In this document: positions 1-9,673 of the stretch, piece by piece
Layout of the letters: each line of letters opens with the position of its first letter
How positions within the stretch are numbered: the stretch's first letter is position 1
NCBI GenBank assembly: GCA_046497275.1
Contig: JAWOFX010000142.1
Span: 4,409-36,408, forward strand
Direction: 5' to 3'
Source: Promethearchaeia archaeon
Lineage (GTDB): Archaea > Asgardarchaeota > Lokiarchaeia > Sigyniarchaeales > SOKP01
Length of the DNA stretch: 32,000 nucleotides
Position numbers and translations under genes: made by a program
The notes under the pieces: generated by a model
The model's database searches: none
What the model saw: only the letters and a program-made list of their open reading frames with translations
What the model was told of the DNA's origin: nothing

Positions 1-566
1 TCTGATTTTACTTCAATTTTTTCATTATTATTGGTAATAATATCTATAACTTTTTCATTGAAATGAAATACAGCTCCTAATCTCACAGCTTCCCTATAAA
101 ACGCATTTAAAGCCAATAAGGGAGATGCATGACCATCTTCAGGGCTGTAGGTCCCTCCTATAACATAATTGTTATTAATTCCAGGAATTAGTTCCTTAAT
201 CTTTTCTCTATCAATATGATTAATAACAAGTCCATGTTTTTTTTGTTTTTCAACCATTTCTATAAGAAACTTATTTTCTTCCTCATCAGATGCAACAAAT
301 GTATATCCTCCTTGTTCCCAATCTATTTCATCACTATATTTTTTTTTCCAAGATGAAAATATTTCAATAGAACGTTGAGATGCCCAAATTTTGGATCTAT
401 GAGAGTGTGTTGCTCTTATTCCACCAATAGCATGTTTATTATCTCCTTGTGCGACAGATGGTAGGGCTTCAAGAACTAAGGTTTTAAGCCCATTTTGAAT
501 ACATCGTAATGCAGTAGGTACACCAATTGATCCTGCTCCAATTATTATAACATCATACTCATCCAA
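1..566 (-). CDS. FAD-dependent oxidoreductase, DadA/sarcosine oxidase beta/proline dehydrogenase beta family (partial, runs off the window edge)
   Basis: Not in the ORF track. Manual translation from TTG at 566, preceded by GGAGG: MDEYDVIIIGAGSIGVPTA...AIGGIRATHS...EQGGY...DGHASP. Has the GxGxxG FAD motif and directly follows the alpha-type subunit. Confidence 0.8.
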   Translation of the reverse strand, partial: MDEYDVIIIGAGSIGVPTALRCIQNGLKTLVLEALPSVAQGDNKHAIGGIRATHSHRSKIWASQRSIEIFSSWKKKYSDEIDWEQGGYTFVASDEEENKFLIEMVEKQKKHGLVINHIDREKIKELIPGINNNYVIGGTYSPEDGHASPLLALNAFYREAVRLGAVFHFNEKVIDIITNNNEKIEVKS

Positions 567-571
567 GAATT

Positions 572-2659
572 TTAGCCTCCCTCCTCTGCATCTTCTTTAA
601 ATCCAGCAAAATATTTCATTGGAACTTCCATATTTATAGGACGAATTGTTCCCTCAATAATATCCTCCTTCGAAAAACCTTCATCAAGATAAAGTTTTTC
701 AATAAGTGGTTTACATGTTTTTCCTCCACATGCCCCTAAACTAGCTCTTGTAAGGGCTTTCAATTCATTAATATCAGTGACTCCCAATTTGATCCATTTT
801 CTAATCTCCCCTGCACTCACACGTTCACAACGACACACAATAGCTTCATCAGGTAAATGTGGTTTATTATACACTTTAAGTGGTTTATGATGAACGTCTG
901 GATATTTAGTTATACCAACTGCGCTTTTGGCAATATTTTTGGGAAGTTTAATGCTGACAAGTTGAGTATGGGGATATTTTTTGAGAATTTTTACGTTATT
1001 AATTTTAAATTTCCCTAATTCACCTTTGTTTGACATTACTGTTATAATATCATTTTTATCTAGTTTTGAAGCACCCATTTCATAAGCAAAAGTTACTATT
1101 GGGTTTTGTTTATCTTTGCGATAATCAATTAAAGTAATCGCCAATCCTGGACAAACTGCGACACATTCACCGCAACCTAAACATTCTTTTTCATCTTTAA
1201 AATAAGGTAATTCTGTAATTAAATTATCTTTAGTTGCGATCTGATTTTGAGGGCAAACTGTAGTACATGGATTACAAGGGATTTTCTGGTTACAATGAAA
1301 AATTGGAAAGACACCAGTTTCTTTTTTGATTGTTTTTGTTTGAATAGGATCTGGAGGTCTTTTACCAATAATTTCAGCTTTTTTATACATTTCTTCAATA
1401 TCTTCTTTGATTTCAAATCCCATATCTTTTAAAATTTTTAATCCTTCAATTTTTCCTCTGTATATTGCTGATGATGCTTCAGCTATTTCTTGAGCATCTC
1501 CGGCAATCCAAGCTTTTAATCCAAAATCTTTTGCTTTAAGATAAAATTCATTAATAGGAATTAACCCAACTGCGATTAATATTGTATCACATTCAAAGGT
1601 TTTTTCACTCGTATCTATCGGGTTCCATTTCTCATCCAATCCTGCTATAGTAATAGATTCAACTTTATTATTGCCATTAGCAGATAAAATTGTATGACGG
1701 GTATAAATAGGGACTCCTAAATTTCTTAATTTATCTTCATGAACTTTATATCCACCACATTTGGGCATAGCTTCAATTAATCCAACTACTTCTATGCCTG
1801 CTTGTAATGCGTGATAACCCGCTATTAATCCAACATTACCTCCTCCAACAATAAAAATTTTTTTTGATGGTTTTACCAGATCACGATTGACCAACGTCTG
1901 GAATGCTCCGGCACCATAAACTCCTGGTAGGGTATCACCGGGAAAGATGAGCATTTTTTCACGTGCTCCAGTAGCTATTAATATATGATCTGATTTGACT
2001 AGATAGTAAATCCCCCCATTTTTCAAAATTCCTACTTTTCCATCACTAAACACAGCAAGAGCAAGACTATTAATCCAGATATCAACATTATCATAAGCAT
2101 TTATTTTTTCATTGAGAATGCTGGCAATTTCAATCCCTCTTTTTCCTGCATATACATCCTCTTGTGAGCCAAAGAATTTATGTGTCTGAAGAATTAATTT
2201 TCCCCCTAATTGTGATTTGTCATCAACGATTATTATTTTAATTCTCTGTTTAGCTAACACATTAGCCGCGGATAATCCAGCAGGTCCTCCACCAACAATC
2301 AAAACCTGAGTTTCCAAAGTTTTGGGGTTTTTAAATTCCCCGAATTTATTAGATAATGGGATATTTGGTAATCCTTCGCAAGATTCTATATGCATTCCTT
2401 CTCGAATCTTTGTCATACAAGCTTTTTTTGGAACATCATCAACTAATATGTTACATTGAGCACATTGCCCGTTTGCGCAAAAAATACCCTGAGGTGAATT
2501 ATCTTTAATATGATGTCCAAATATATGAATATCATTCATTATTAATGCTGAAGAAATTACCATATCTTCAAAAGCAGTATATTTCTTTCCGTTGAAATAA
2601 AATTTAATTGGGTTTCTTTTCGGTATATCCAATATTGGATGATCTTTAATATAATTCAT
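572..2659 (-). CDS. Multidomain Fe-S flavoprotein, sarcosine oxidase/proline dehydrogenase alpha-like: 2Fe-2S + FAD/NAD oxidoreductase + 4Fe-4S dicluster + BFD-like 2Fe-2S
   Basis: GIFCANGQCAQC...KACM; GGGPAG and GGGNVG Rossmann motifs; CNPCTTVCP and CLGCGECVAVCP; C-terminal VCRCERV...GACGGKTC. Confidence 0.85.
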   Translation of the reverse strand: MNYIKDHPILDIPKRNPIKFYFNGKKYTAFEDMVISSALIMNDIHIFGHHIKDNSPQGIFCANGQCAQCNILVDDVPKKACMTKIREGMHIESCEGLPNIPLSNKFGEFKNPKTLETQVLIVGGGPAGLSAANVLAKQRIKIIIVDDKSQLGGKLILQTHKFFGSQEDVYAGKRGIEIASILNEKINAYDNVDIWINSLALAVFSDGKVGILKNGGIYYLVKSDHILIATGAREKMLIFPGDTLPGVYGAGAFQTLVNRDLVKPSKKIFIVGGGNVGLIAGYHALQAGIEVVGLIEAMPKCGGYKVHEDKLRNLGVPIYTRHTILSANGNNKVESITIAGLDEKWNPIDTSEKTFECDTILIAVGLIPINEFYLKAKDFGLKAWIAGDAQEIAEASSAIYRGKIEGLKILKDMGFEIKEDIEEMYKKAEIIGKRPPDPIQTKTIKKETGVFPIFHCNQKIPCNPCTTVCPQNQIATKDNLITELPYFKDEKECLGCGECVAVCPGLAITLIDYRKDKQNPIVTFAYEMGASKLDKNDIITVMSNKGELGKFKINNVKILKKYPHTQLVSIKLPKNIAKSAVGITKYPDVHHKPLKVYNKPHLPDEAIVCRCERVSAGEIRKWIKLGVTDINELKALTRASLGACGGKTCKPLIEKLYLDEGFSKEDIIEGTIRPINMEVPMKYFAGFKEDAEEGG

Positions 2660-2695
2660 TTGAAATTCTACAGCTCATCTCTAAAAAGTAATATA

Positions 2696-4876
2696 TTATT
2701 GGTAAGGAGATATAATTTCTAAAACATCTTTAAAATCTATATTTAATTTTTTAACAAACTCTAAGGTAGGACATCCTTTATTATTCCATCCTCTTTCTTT
2801 ATAGACTGCATCTTGTAAAAGACTATATTGCTTTTCACGATATTCTCGCAAAACTTTTATTTTTTCTTCAACAGATCTCCCCTCTTTTTCAAATCCTAAA
2901 TCTTTGAGTTGAGAATCATATCGTTCTTTACGACTGTTATATTCTAAAGGAGTAACTGGTCCCATTGACCTATACGGAAGATTTGAATCATGTTTTCGAA
3001 GTCCTTTCCCTTGACGAATATTAAAGATTCTTTGGAAATTATACACTCTCTCTGACATCCGAATAAGATCTTCTGATGTTGATTCTCTGCCAGTTACCGC
3101 TGAAAAATACTCTGCATACCATTCGATATGCTTTGGGATGGTTGCCCTTACCAAGGCTCCGGTATCTTCGTCCTTGATGGGATTATCCGCATTATCTGGG
3201 GGGACAATATCATTCCACGGGAGCTTGCACAATCCGCACAATCCAAACCATGTACGCCAATAAGGAAAAAACTTAAGAGCAATTGCCTTATCCTCAAAAG
3301 TTGGGATAGTATTACGGACCATATCCTCAAAGATTAACCATGCCTCGTCATGTTGAGGTCCCTTATTAGTTAAACCATACCCTCCTTGCTGAGCTAATGA
3401 TTCTTTAGTAACATATTCTGAAAATTCTAATCCTTTATGTTCCATTCCAATATCGTGTAAAAATTGAGGATCTGCATCATACTTCTCTGAAAAATATTTT
3501 TTCATATATTTTATTCCTTTTCCAACGATAACACCAAATCCGTCTCCTCTTGCCATCTGATGAATCAATTCTAAGGCAGATTCGGCATTTCCAAATTCTA
3601 GATTTAATCCCCCCGTTTTTTCTTCGTTTAGGATTCCATTTTCAAAACATTCCATAACAAATGCTATCCCTGTACCCACAGATATAGTATCTAATCCATA
3701 AGTATCGCAATAGAAATTTGCCTCAAGAACCCATTTAGGATCCCATACTCCCCAATTTGATCCACAACCCGCTATTGTTTCATATTCTGGTCCATCAACT
3801 ATAACGTTTTGACCTTTAAATGGACCTGTACGAACCATATAGCCTTCGGAATAATGTGAACAACTCACTGTACAGCCTATCCAACATCCATCCGCCCCTT
3901 GTTTCCCAGAATATATTTTTTTCCATACATCACTCGCATATGGAAAATTTTCTTCTTCTGTTTCTTCATATGCTCCAAATCTAAAATTCTCTGTAGGTAA
4001 TAAATCCGTTGCTCTCATGATTTCAGGAAGATGCCCCGTTCCAATTTCTCTCATTCGATTTTGATTTGGATCGTTTTTTACAATTTCTTTATTATGTTTT
4101 TTTCCAAATTCACGCGCTCGTTCCAGATCATCTGGATTATTCGATTTTACACTCACATTAGGAGCTCGACAAACTATTGCTTTGATTTTTTTATCAGCAA
4201 ATACTGTACCTATGCCTCCTCTGCCAGCTTGCTTGCTAGAAGCCCATTCTCTAGAATTTGTATACCAAGAAAAATTCAACATCCCCCAATTGGAATGTTT
4301 AGCTGCTGGACCTGTACTGACTACCGATATTTGGTTTTTTTCTTTTTCACTTTTCGCATATTTTTTAGTTAACTGTTGCGTTAAAAGGTGTGAATATTCT
4401 GAAAGATTTTCTCCATCCTTAACCTCTTCAATTCTGATAATATGATCAATTCCATCGATATAAATTATAACCTCTTTATCTGCTTTCCCTTGAATTTCTA
4501 ATGCGTCAAATCCAGAGAATTTTAAGTAGGGTCCAAAATAACCTCCTACATTACTATCAATAATTATGCCTGTTAGTGGTGAGATTGTAGTCACTATTGA
4601 CTTACCAGACCCTGGATAAAAAACACTTCCCCCTAAAGGTCCCGAGGATATACATATTTCATTATCAAGGCTATTCCACTTTACAATTTCGTCTTTTGGC
4701 AGACTGTTCCACATTAACCATAAATCAAATCCCTTCCCTCCGATGAAAACCTCTTTCATTTTTTCGGAGACAGGTTTTATTTCTATTTGGTTAGTTGAGA
4801 GATTAATATATAATGTTTGATTAACGTATCCCTTCTTGATTTCATTAAATGTATAACTTATGTTATTCTTAATCAA
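2696..4876 (-). CDS. aor: Tungsten-dependent aldehyde:ferredoxin oxidoreductase family protein
   Basis: FIGGKG, SNVGGYFGPYLKFSGFDAL, AGRGGIGTVF, CWIGCTVSC, DGPEYET, CDTYGLDTIS motifs; 726 aa; TTG start. Confidence 0.9.
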   Translation of the reverse strand: MIKNNISYTFNEIKKGYVNQTLYINLSTNQIEIKPVSEKMKEVFIGGKGFDLWLMWNSLPKDEIVKWNSLDNEICISSGPLGGSVFYPGSGKSIVTTISPLTGIIIDSNVGGYFGPYLKFSGFDALEIQGKADKEVIIYIDGIDHIIRIEEVKDGENLSEYSHLLTQQLTKKYAKSEKEKNQISVVSTGPAAKHSNWGMLNFSWYTNSREWASSKQAGRGGIGTVFADKKIKAIVCRAPNVSVKSNNPDDLERAREFGKKHNKEIVKNDPNQNRMREIGTGHLPEIMRATDLLPTENFRFGAYEETEEENFPYASDVWKKIYSGKQGADGCWIGCTVSCSHYSEGYMVRTGPFKGQNVIVDGPEYETIAGCGSNWGVWDPKWVLEANFYCDTYGLDTISVGTGIAFVMECFENGILNEEKTGGLNLEFGNAESALELIHQMARGDGFGVIVGKGIKYMKKYFSEKYDADPQFLHDIGMEHKGLEFSEYVTKESLAQQGGYGLTNKGPQHDEAWLIFEDMVRNTIPTFEDKAIALKFFPYWRTWFGLCGLCKLPWNDIVPPDNADNPIKDEDTGALVRATIPKHIEWYAEYFSAVTGRESTSEDLIRMSERVYNFQRIFNIRQGKGLRKHDSNLPYRSMGPVTPLEYNSRKERYDSQLKDLGFEKEGRSVEEKIKVLREYREKQYSLLQDAVYKERGWNNKGCPTLEFVKKLNIDFKDVLEIISPYQ

Positions 4877-4955
4877 AATAAATCACATTTTTTAAAAAAT
4901 ACTTGCTAATTATCAATTCTAATATAATATTTTATTGGTTAAATAGAAAATGTAT

Positions 4956-6293
4956 CTATTTAAGATATTCTTTGATAAAGTCTTCTAAAATATCTTCAAT
5001 TGTTGGTTCTCTAGTAGATTCTATATCGTAATCAACCTTCAGAATAGGTTTATTATGATTGATAAGTTTTTTAAGATCTATAGGGCTAGCGTTTATTATA
5101 AAATCACATTTTGCTTTATTTAAAGTTTCTTCTAAGTCTGAGATCTGATCATCATTATATCCCATAGCGGGTACGACTTCTTCGATCTGTGGGAAATTTT
5201 CAAAAACATCTTTCATTGATCCACTTAAATATGGTTTTGGATCAATAATCTCAGCCCCCGCGTTTTTAGAGGCGATATAACCTGCTCCAATAGACATTTC
5301 CCCATGAGTCAATGTTGGTCCATCCTCTACTACAACCACTTTTTTCCCCTTTATATCATGAGTATTATCAAGACTTACTACAGAATCTGTATATATTCGT
5401 ATGGCATTGGGATTTACTTCATCTAAATTTTTTTCTACAATCTTTACATCTGCTTGCTTTGCAGAATTCATTTTATTGATTATAAATACATCCGCGTCTC
5501 GAGCATTTACCTCACCTGGATGATAGCGTATTTCATGACCTGGTCTTAGAGGATCAACAACAATAAATAATAAATCTGGATCATAAAACGAAATTTCGTT
5601 GTTTCCACCATCAAAGACAATAACATCAGCCTCTTTTTCTGCTTCACGAATTATTTTTTCATAATCAACTCCAGAATAAATAACCAAACCCTGTTGTAAA
5701 TATGGTTCATATTCTTCTCTCTCCTCTATAGTGCAATCATATTTATCTAAATCTTCATATGTTTCAAATCTCATAACATTTTGTTGAATTAAATCACCAT
5801 AAGGCATTGGTTCCCTGATTGCCACAATTTTATATCCCTTGCTATTTAAATACCTATATACGGCTCTTGAAACTTGACTTTTTCCGCATCCCGTTCTAAC
5901 AGCACAAACTGAAATAACGGGCTTTCTTGCTTTAATTTGTGTAAATCGTTCGGAAATAAGACGAAAGTTTGCTCCTGCAGAAAGTGCTCTTGAAGCAATA
6001 TGCATAAGATTTACGTGAGAAATGTCAGAATATGCAAAAACAGCCTCATCTATTTGTTTCTTACTTATAAAATCTTCTAAATTATCCTCTGAAATCATTG
6101 GAATGCCTTTCGGATATAAATCACCCGCTAATTCAGATGGATAAAATCTCTGCGTTTCTTCTGTTGTTCCAACATTTTGCTCACCAGCAATAGTAAATGC
6201 TAAAACCTCGTAGTCTTCATTATTTTTGAAAATAGTATTAAACACATGAAAATCATACCCTAAAGCTCCGATGATTACAACTTTTTTTCTCAA
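4956..6293 (-). CDS. Cyclic 2,3-diphosphoglycerate synthetase-like P-loop GTPase (COG2403-type)
   Basis: GALGYDFHVFN N-terminus, P-loop AVRTGCGKSQ, IREPMPYG, DGGNN, VEDGPTLTHG. Confidence 0.8.
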   Translation of the reverse strand: MRKKVVIIGALGYDFHVFNTIFKNNEDYEVLAFTIAGEQNVGTTEETQRFYPSELAGDLYPKGIPMISEDNLEDFISKKQIDEAVFAYSDISHVNLMHIASRALSAGANFRLISERFTQIKARKPVISVCAVRTGCGKSQVSRAVYRYLNSKGYKIVAIREPMPYGDLIQQNVMRFETYEDLDKYDCTIEEREEYEPYLQQGLVIYSGVDYEKIIREAEKEADVIVFDGGNNEISFYDPDLLFIVVDPLRPGHEIRYHPGEVNARDADVFIINKMNSAKQADVKIVEKNLDEVNPNAIRIYTDSVVSLDNTHDIKGKKVVVVEDGPTLTHGEMSIGAGYIASKNAGAEIIDPKPYLSGSMKDVFENFPQIEEVVPAMGYNDDQISDLEETLNKAKCDFIINASPIDLKKLINHNKPILKVDYDIESTREPTIEDILEDFIKEYLK

Positions 6294-6572
6294 TTAACAT
6301 AACCTCTACTTAGTATTCTTAATTTGCTCATCATATTAAATTCATACTTTTTTATTAAAATTTTTAATTCTATGAGGGAAAGAATACCCATTTAATAGAT
6401 TTAAAGATCAAAAACATTGAAATTTATCCGAGAAAAACAGATAGGGGAATTGATCGCGAATTAGGGTTCTAATTAGAGATTATATCACTCTTAAAATGAT
6501 ATTTACTATAAATTCTCCTTAGTAAATCATTCAATAAACTAAATAGATATATAGGAATAGATTTAAAAAAAA

Positions 6573-6776
6573 TTATTTTTTATACTTCGATCTTTTTGCT
6601 CCAATTGAGTCTGGTTGGCCACCATACTTCCCTTTTTCAATGCGTTTTTCATACAATTCTCGATAACGCATTCTTGGAGGCTTTTTTGGAGTTGAATTTA
6701 CGCCCGTTTTTTCAATCTTTGGGGTTTGCATTTTGACTTTTCCTGCTTTTGTTAAACTTCCGTGTGAACCTGGCAT
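6573..6776 (-). CDS. rps30e: 30S ribosomal protein S30e
   Basis: SHGSLTKAGKVKMQTPKI signature, basic protein, GAGG upstream; no ubiquitin-like fusion. Confidence 0.95.
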   Translation of the reverse strand: MPGSHGSLTKAGKVKMQTPKIEKTGVNSTPKKPPRMRYRELYEKRIEKGKYGGQPDSIGAKRSKYKK

Positions 6777-6966
6777 ATGTTTAACCTCGTTTTCTTTTTT
6801 TTATTATTTAATTGTTTCTTAAATTTATTTCTAATATAAATAGCAATCTTAAACACTTAAATTTTAGGATTATGGTTTAACTAAAAACTGGACTCCATTC
6901 ATTTTAATTAAAATTGTAGGGATATTTAAATAATAATATCATAATGATTGAGAAGTTCATACCAAA

Positions 6967-7140
6967 ATGAAAAATGTAAAAGAAGAATCTAAGAAAAAAA
7001 ATATTGAAAAAGTGATGTTTGGCGAAGATACAATGAATTGCTTCGCTTGCGGGGAAAAACTATCTTTAAAAGATACAGAAGCTGAGCGCTGTCCATATTG
7101 TGGCACAGAAATAAATAAAAAGGATATTAAAACACAATGA
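6967..7140 (+). CDS. Small zinc-ribbon protein (57 aa), below the ORF-track size cutoff
   Basis: Manual translation: MKNVKEESKKKNIEKVMFGEDTMNCFACGEKLSLKDTEAERCPYCGTEINKKDIKTQ; CxxC-x13-CxxC. Confidence 0.8.
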   Translation: MKNVKEESKKKNIEKVMFGEDTMNCFACGEKLSLKDTEAERCPYCGTEINKKDIKTQ

Positions 7141-7227
7141 GCTTATTAATTAATATTTATAAGGAATAAAAATTTAATTCCAGCAATTTATTTATTTCTT
7201 AGAGAATAAAAAATTTTTGAAGCAAAA

Positions 7228-7737
7228 ATGAGTGTCGACTCCCCAGATACAGTAGGAAAAAGGTTAAGCTACGCATGCATTTTATCCTTGATATTATTAA
7301 GTATATTTTTAATTCTTTTGGTCTTCCAATTATTTTGGGCAATTTTATTCTTAATGTTCATAGCCCCACTTATAATGCTAGGACTAAATAGGTATTTTTT
7401 CCGCCCAGAAATTAAATGTCCTCGATGTAATGCCACCGTAAGTTCTTATAGTGATCGCTGCAGTCATTGTGGATTCCAATTAATAACTAAATGTCCTAAA
7501 TGTGGAGCTTCTATGAGATATAATGATGAAGTGTGTAATAATTGTGGTTATTCAATTAAAAAATTGATAATTCCTGAAAATGTTGAGCTTAATTTTGAAT
7601 ATAAGGAAAATGATTCTCAAAAACCTCAAAAAAAAGTAATGGAGACTCGTTTCACCTTTTGTCCTCATTGCGGATCCAAACTTAATGAAAATCAGCAGAA
7701 TTTACGGTATTGTGAGTACTGTGGGAACAAATTGTAA
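7228..7737 (+). CDS. Membrane protein with two TM helices and three zinc ribbons (double zinc ribbon-like)
   Basis: Hydrophobic residues about 15-55, then CPRC/CSHC, CPKC/CNNC, CPHC/CEYC. Confidence 0.8.
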   Translation: MSVDSPDTVGKRLSYACILSLILLSIFLILLVFQLFWAILFLMFIAPLIMLGLNRYFFRPEIKCPRCNATVSSYSDRCSHCGFQLITKCPKCGASMRYNDEVCNNCGYSIKKLIIPENVELNFEYKENDSQKPQKKVMETRFTFCPHCGSKLNENQQNLRYCEYCGNKL

Positions 7738-7756
7738 CAGAGAAGAACATAAAATA

Positions 7757-8956
7757 TTAATCATGACTCTTTAATCTCTCCTCAATAAAATTTAATTGCT
7801 GGATCATCCACGATTTAAATTTAATAAAATCTGAGATAGGAGGAATTGAATTATGATTTGACAAATCTTTCTGTTTTTCAGAAAGAACTGAATTGATGTC
7901 TCTATTTTTTAAGGACTCTTGGCTTTTTTGTTTATATTTACTTTCATTATTTATAATTTTATCAATGAAGTTGCTTTGAACTCCGAGTTTGTGTAAAATT
8001 GTTTGGAAATCCGCACGTTCTTTTTCTGAGAGCTCTCCATTCTTATTAAGGGTATCTTTCCATTGAATAAGAAAGTCTTTAGGAAATCCTTCAGACCAGT
8101 GATGCCTTCGCAAGTAATTATAGAGTCTGCTGGGTGTAAATAATTCACTGAGTTCTAAATTACTCGGATTCACATTACTCGTCCGATATTCATCGAGTTG
8201 GGTGATAAAGACTTGAAATAGATGTTTATTCTGTGATTGGATAATGTCAAATTCGTTGGTAAAATCGAGTGCTGTAGTATCTTCTGCCTTAGATTGTAGA
8301 CGGGAACCTTTTATGGAATCACCATCATTTGTATCTTCAGGAAGAATAATGTTATAATAGTTCTCGGTGAATTCAATCACCCGTTCTTGTTCTTGTAGAG
8401 TATATGCACTTGCGATCTCCTCAATATTGAGAGATTCGGGATTTGAATTCATAGCAATATAAATCTTGTTGGCAGTATTTTTAATCTCTTGAAGAGCGTC
8501 TCTGAGCATACTATAATTCTTTGCGAGTGAAAGGATCATCCTTTCCATTGTGAGATCTACATTCTCGAAATCATAATTAAGAAATTTAGTAGATTTTTTA
8601 TTATAAAAGACGAAATTACTATGGGTGGATTCGATAAGATCAGTTGCATTTTGAGTAATGTTAAGGATTGCATGAGCGTTCTCAAGATCTAGAAGCTGTT
8701 TCGCCTTCTTTTTATTAAGATTATAGATGAGGTGATAATTTGGAGTGTGAGAATAGGACTCTGCGTCGCTCCTAATCATCTCTCGGATATTATAAAGAGC
8801 AGTTGCTTCCAAGTCTATAAGGTTGTAGCCGACGGTAAATATCTCTAAGGTTCTTAGATGTTTAAGATCTACATGCGGAAATATTACAATATTTTTTTGT
8901 TTAAAAAAGATCAAATGCAAGAACTCGGGTGTGAGAAAATCATACTCTGTGTCCAT
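7757..8956 (-). CDS. Hypothetical protein (399 aa), alpha/beta N-terminal domain plus helical C-terminal region
   Basis: Long ORF; promoter motif C lies 30 nt upstream of the ATG; no family recognised. Confidence 0.75.
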   Translation of the reverse strand: MDTEYDFLTPEFLHLIFFKQKNIVIFPHVDLKHLRTLEIFTVGYNLIDLEATALYNIREMIRSDAESYSHTPNYHLIYNLNKKKAKQLLDLENAHAILNITQNATDLIESTHSNFVFYNKKSTKFLNYDFENVDLTMERMILSLAKNYSMLRDALQEIKNTANKIYIAMNSNPESLNIEEIASAYTLQEQERVIEFTENYYNIILPEDTNDGDSIKGSRLQSKAEDTTALDFTNEFDIIQSQNKHLFQVFITQLDEYRTSNVNPSNLELSELFTPSRLYNYLRRHHWSEGFPKDFLIQWKDTLNKNGELSEKERADFQTILHKLGVQSNFIDKIINNESKYKQKSQESLKNRDINSVLSEKQKDLSNHNSIPPISDFIKFKSWMIQQLNFIEERLKSHD

Positions 8957-8975
8957 ACTTGATAAAGAGGATAGG

Positions 8976-8992
8976 TATTTAAAAAGAAAAAA
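8976..8992 (-). promoter_or_regulatory. T-rich BRE/TATA motif variant
   Basis: TTTTTTC-TTTTTAAATA; C at 8986, 30 nt from ATG 8956. Confidence 0.65.
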
Positions 8993-9024
8993 GTAAGAGA
9001 AGAATCATAAAAAAACTCTTCACC

Positions 9025-9038
9025 TTTTTCTTTATATA
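9025..9038 (+). promoter_or_regulatory. T-rich BRE/TATA motif
   Basis: TTTTTCTTTATATA; C at 9030, 32 nt before ATG 9062. Confidence 0.6.
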
Positions 9039-9061
9039 TCTAAAAATTACAAAATAGTGCT

Positions 9062-9133
9062 ATGATTTCAAAACAAACTTATATATATAAAAATCAAGTT
9101 CTTACTAACGTTGTCTTTATTTCATTTTTATAG
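9062..9133 (+). CDS. Candidate 23-aa peptide MISKQTYIYKNQVLTNVVFISFL
   Basis: ATG at leaderless spacing from its own motif copy; no other support. Confidence 0.3.
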   Translation: MISKQTYIYKNQVLTNVVFISFL

Positions 9134-9146
9134 TTAAATTTATAAA

Positions 9147-9161
9147 TTTTTTCTTTATATA
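9147..9161 (+). promoter_or_regulatory. T-rich BRE/TATA motif (perfect copy)
   Basis: TTTTTTCTTTATATA upstream of 9230. Confidence 0.7.
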
Positions 9162-9229
9162 ATTCGAATCTCTTACTTATGATATCAAGATTCCTCTTGT
9201 GTAATGAGGGAATGGAGAAGTTTTGAGAA

Positions 9230-9526
9230 ATGAAGTGTGAATATTGCAAGAAAATTTTTCCCAGATCGAGCAAAAGGAGAGTGCGACATAGAAATACGCA
9301 AAGTTCTAATGGATCACTCAATTTTTGCTCGAAGAAATGCTATGAACAATGGCTTCAAGAGATCAAACACACCAATCTCCATTATTACGTAGTATGGAAA
9401 GTAATTGCTTTTTTTGGAAATTTTAAGTTTCGCAAACAGCTCATCCAAAGCGAAGGTATCATACCCGATCTTGGGCTCCCTAAAGATAATTCTCACTTTG
9501 CGCTTAACCTACAGGATGAATTTTAA
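9230..9526 (+). CDS. TRASH/treble-clef zinc-finger protein; possibly frameshifted, with the C-terminus continuing to 9639
   Basis: CEYC...FCSKKC; a protein-like -1 frame continuation ILNSLYDDPIFWANERYKKNMWKNINEGEFIIVYLNQGE spans 9520-9639. Confidence 0.6.
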   Translation: MKCEYCKKIFPRSSKRRVRHRNTQSSNGSLNFCSKKCYEQWLQEIKHTNLHYYVVWKVIAFFGNFKFRKQLIQSEGIIPDLGLPKDNSHFALNLQDEF

Positions 9527-9673
9527 ATAGTCTCTATGATGATCCCATATTTTGGGCGAATGAGAGATATAAGAAGAATATGTGGAAAAATATCAACGAG
9601 GGAGAATTCATCATTGTGTACCTTAATCAAGGAGAATAATTCATAAGGTAAAAATAAAAGAAGAATAAAATTA

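Noticed and set aside
1219-4445. Short track ORFs 1219-1416, 1247-1432, 3128-3337, 3148-3330, 4031-4372, 4182-4445
   Set aside because: Fully inside well-supported longer genes in other frames or strands; no motifs.
6294-6572. Possible RNA gene in the intergenic gap
   Set aside because: No tRNA cloverleaf or GC-rich stem visible; consistent with promoter and terminator sequence.
6573-6900. Ubiquitin-like (FUBI) fusion to S30e
   Set aside because: The gene starts directly at MPGSHG after an SD; no upstream in-frame domain.
9516-9528. Programmed -1 frameshift at TTTAAAT
   Set aside because: The heptamer T TTA AAT is phased in the downstream frame, not the incoming one, so it cannot produce the needed shift.
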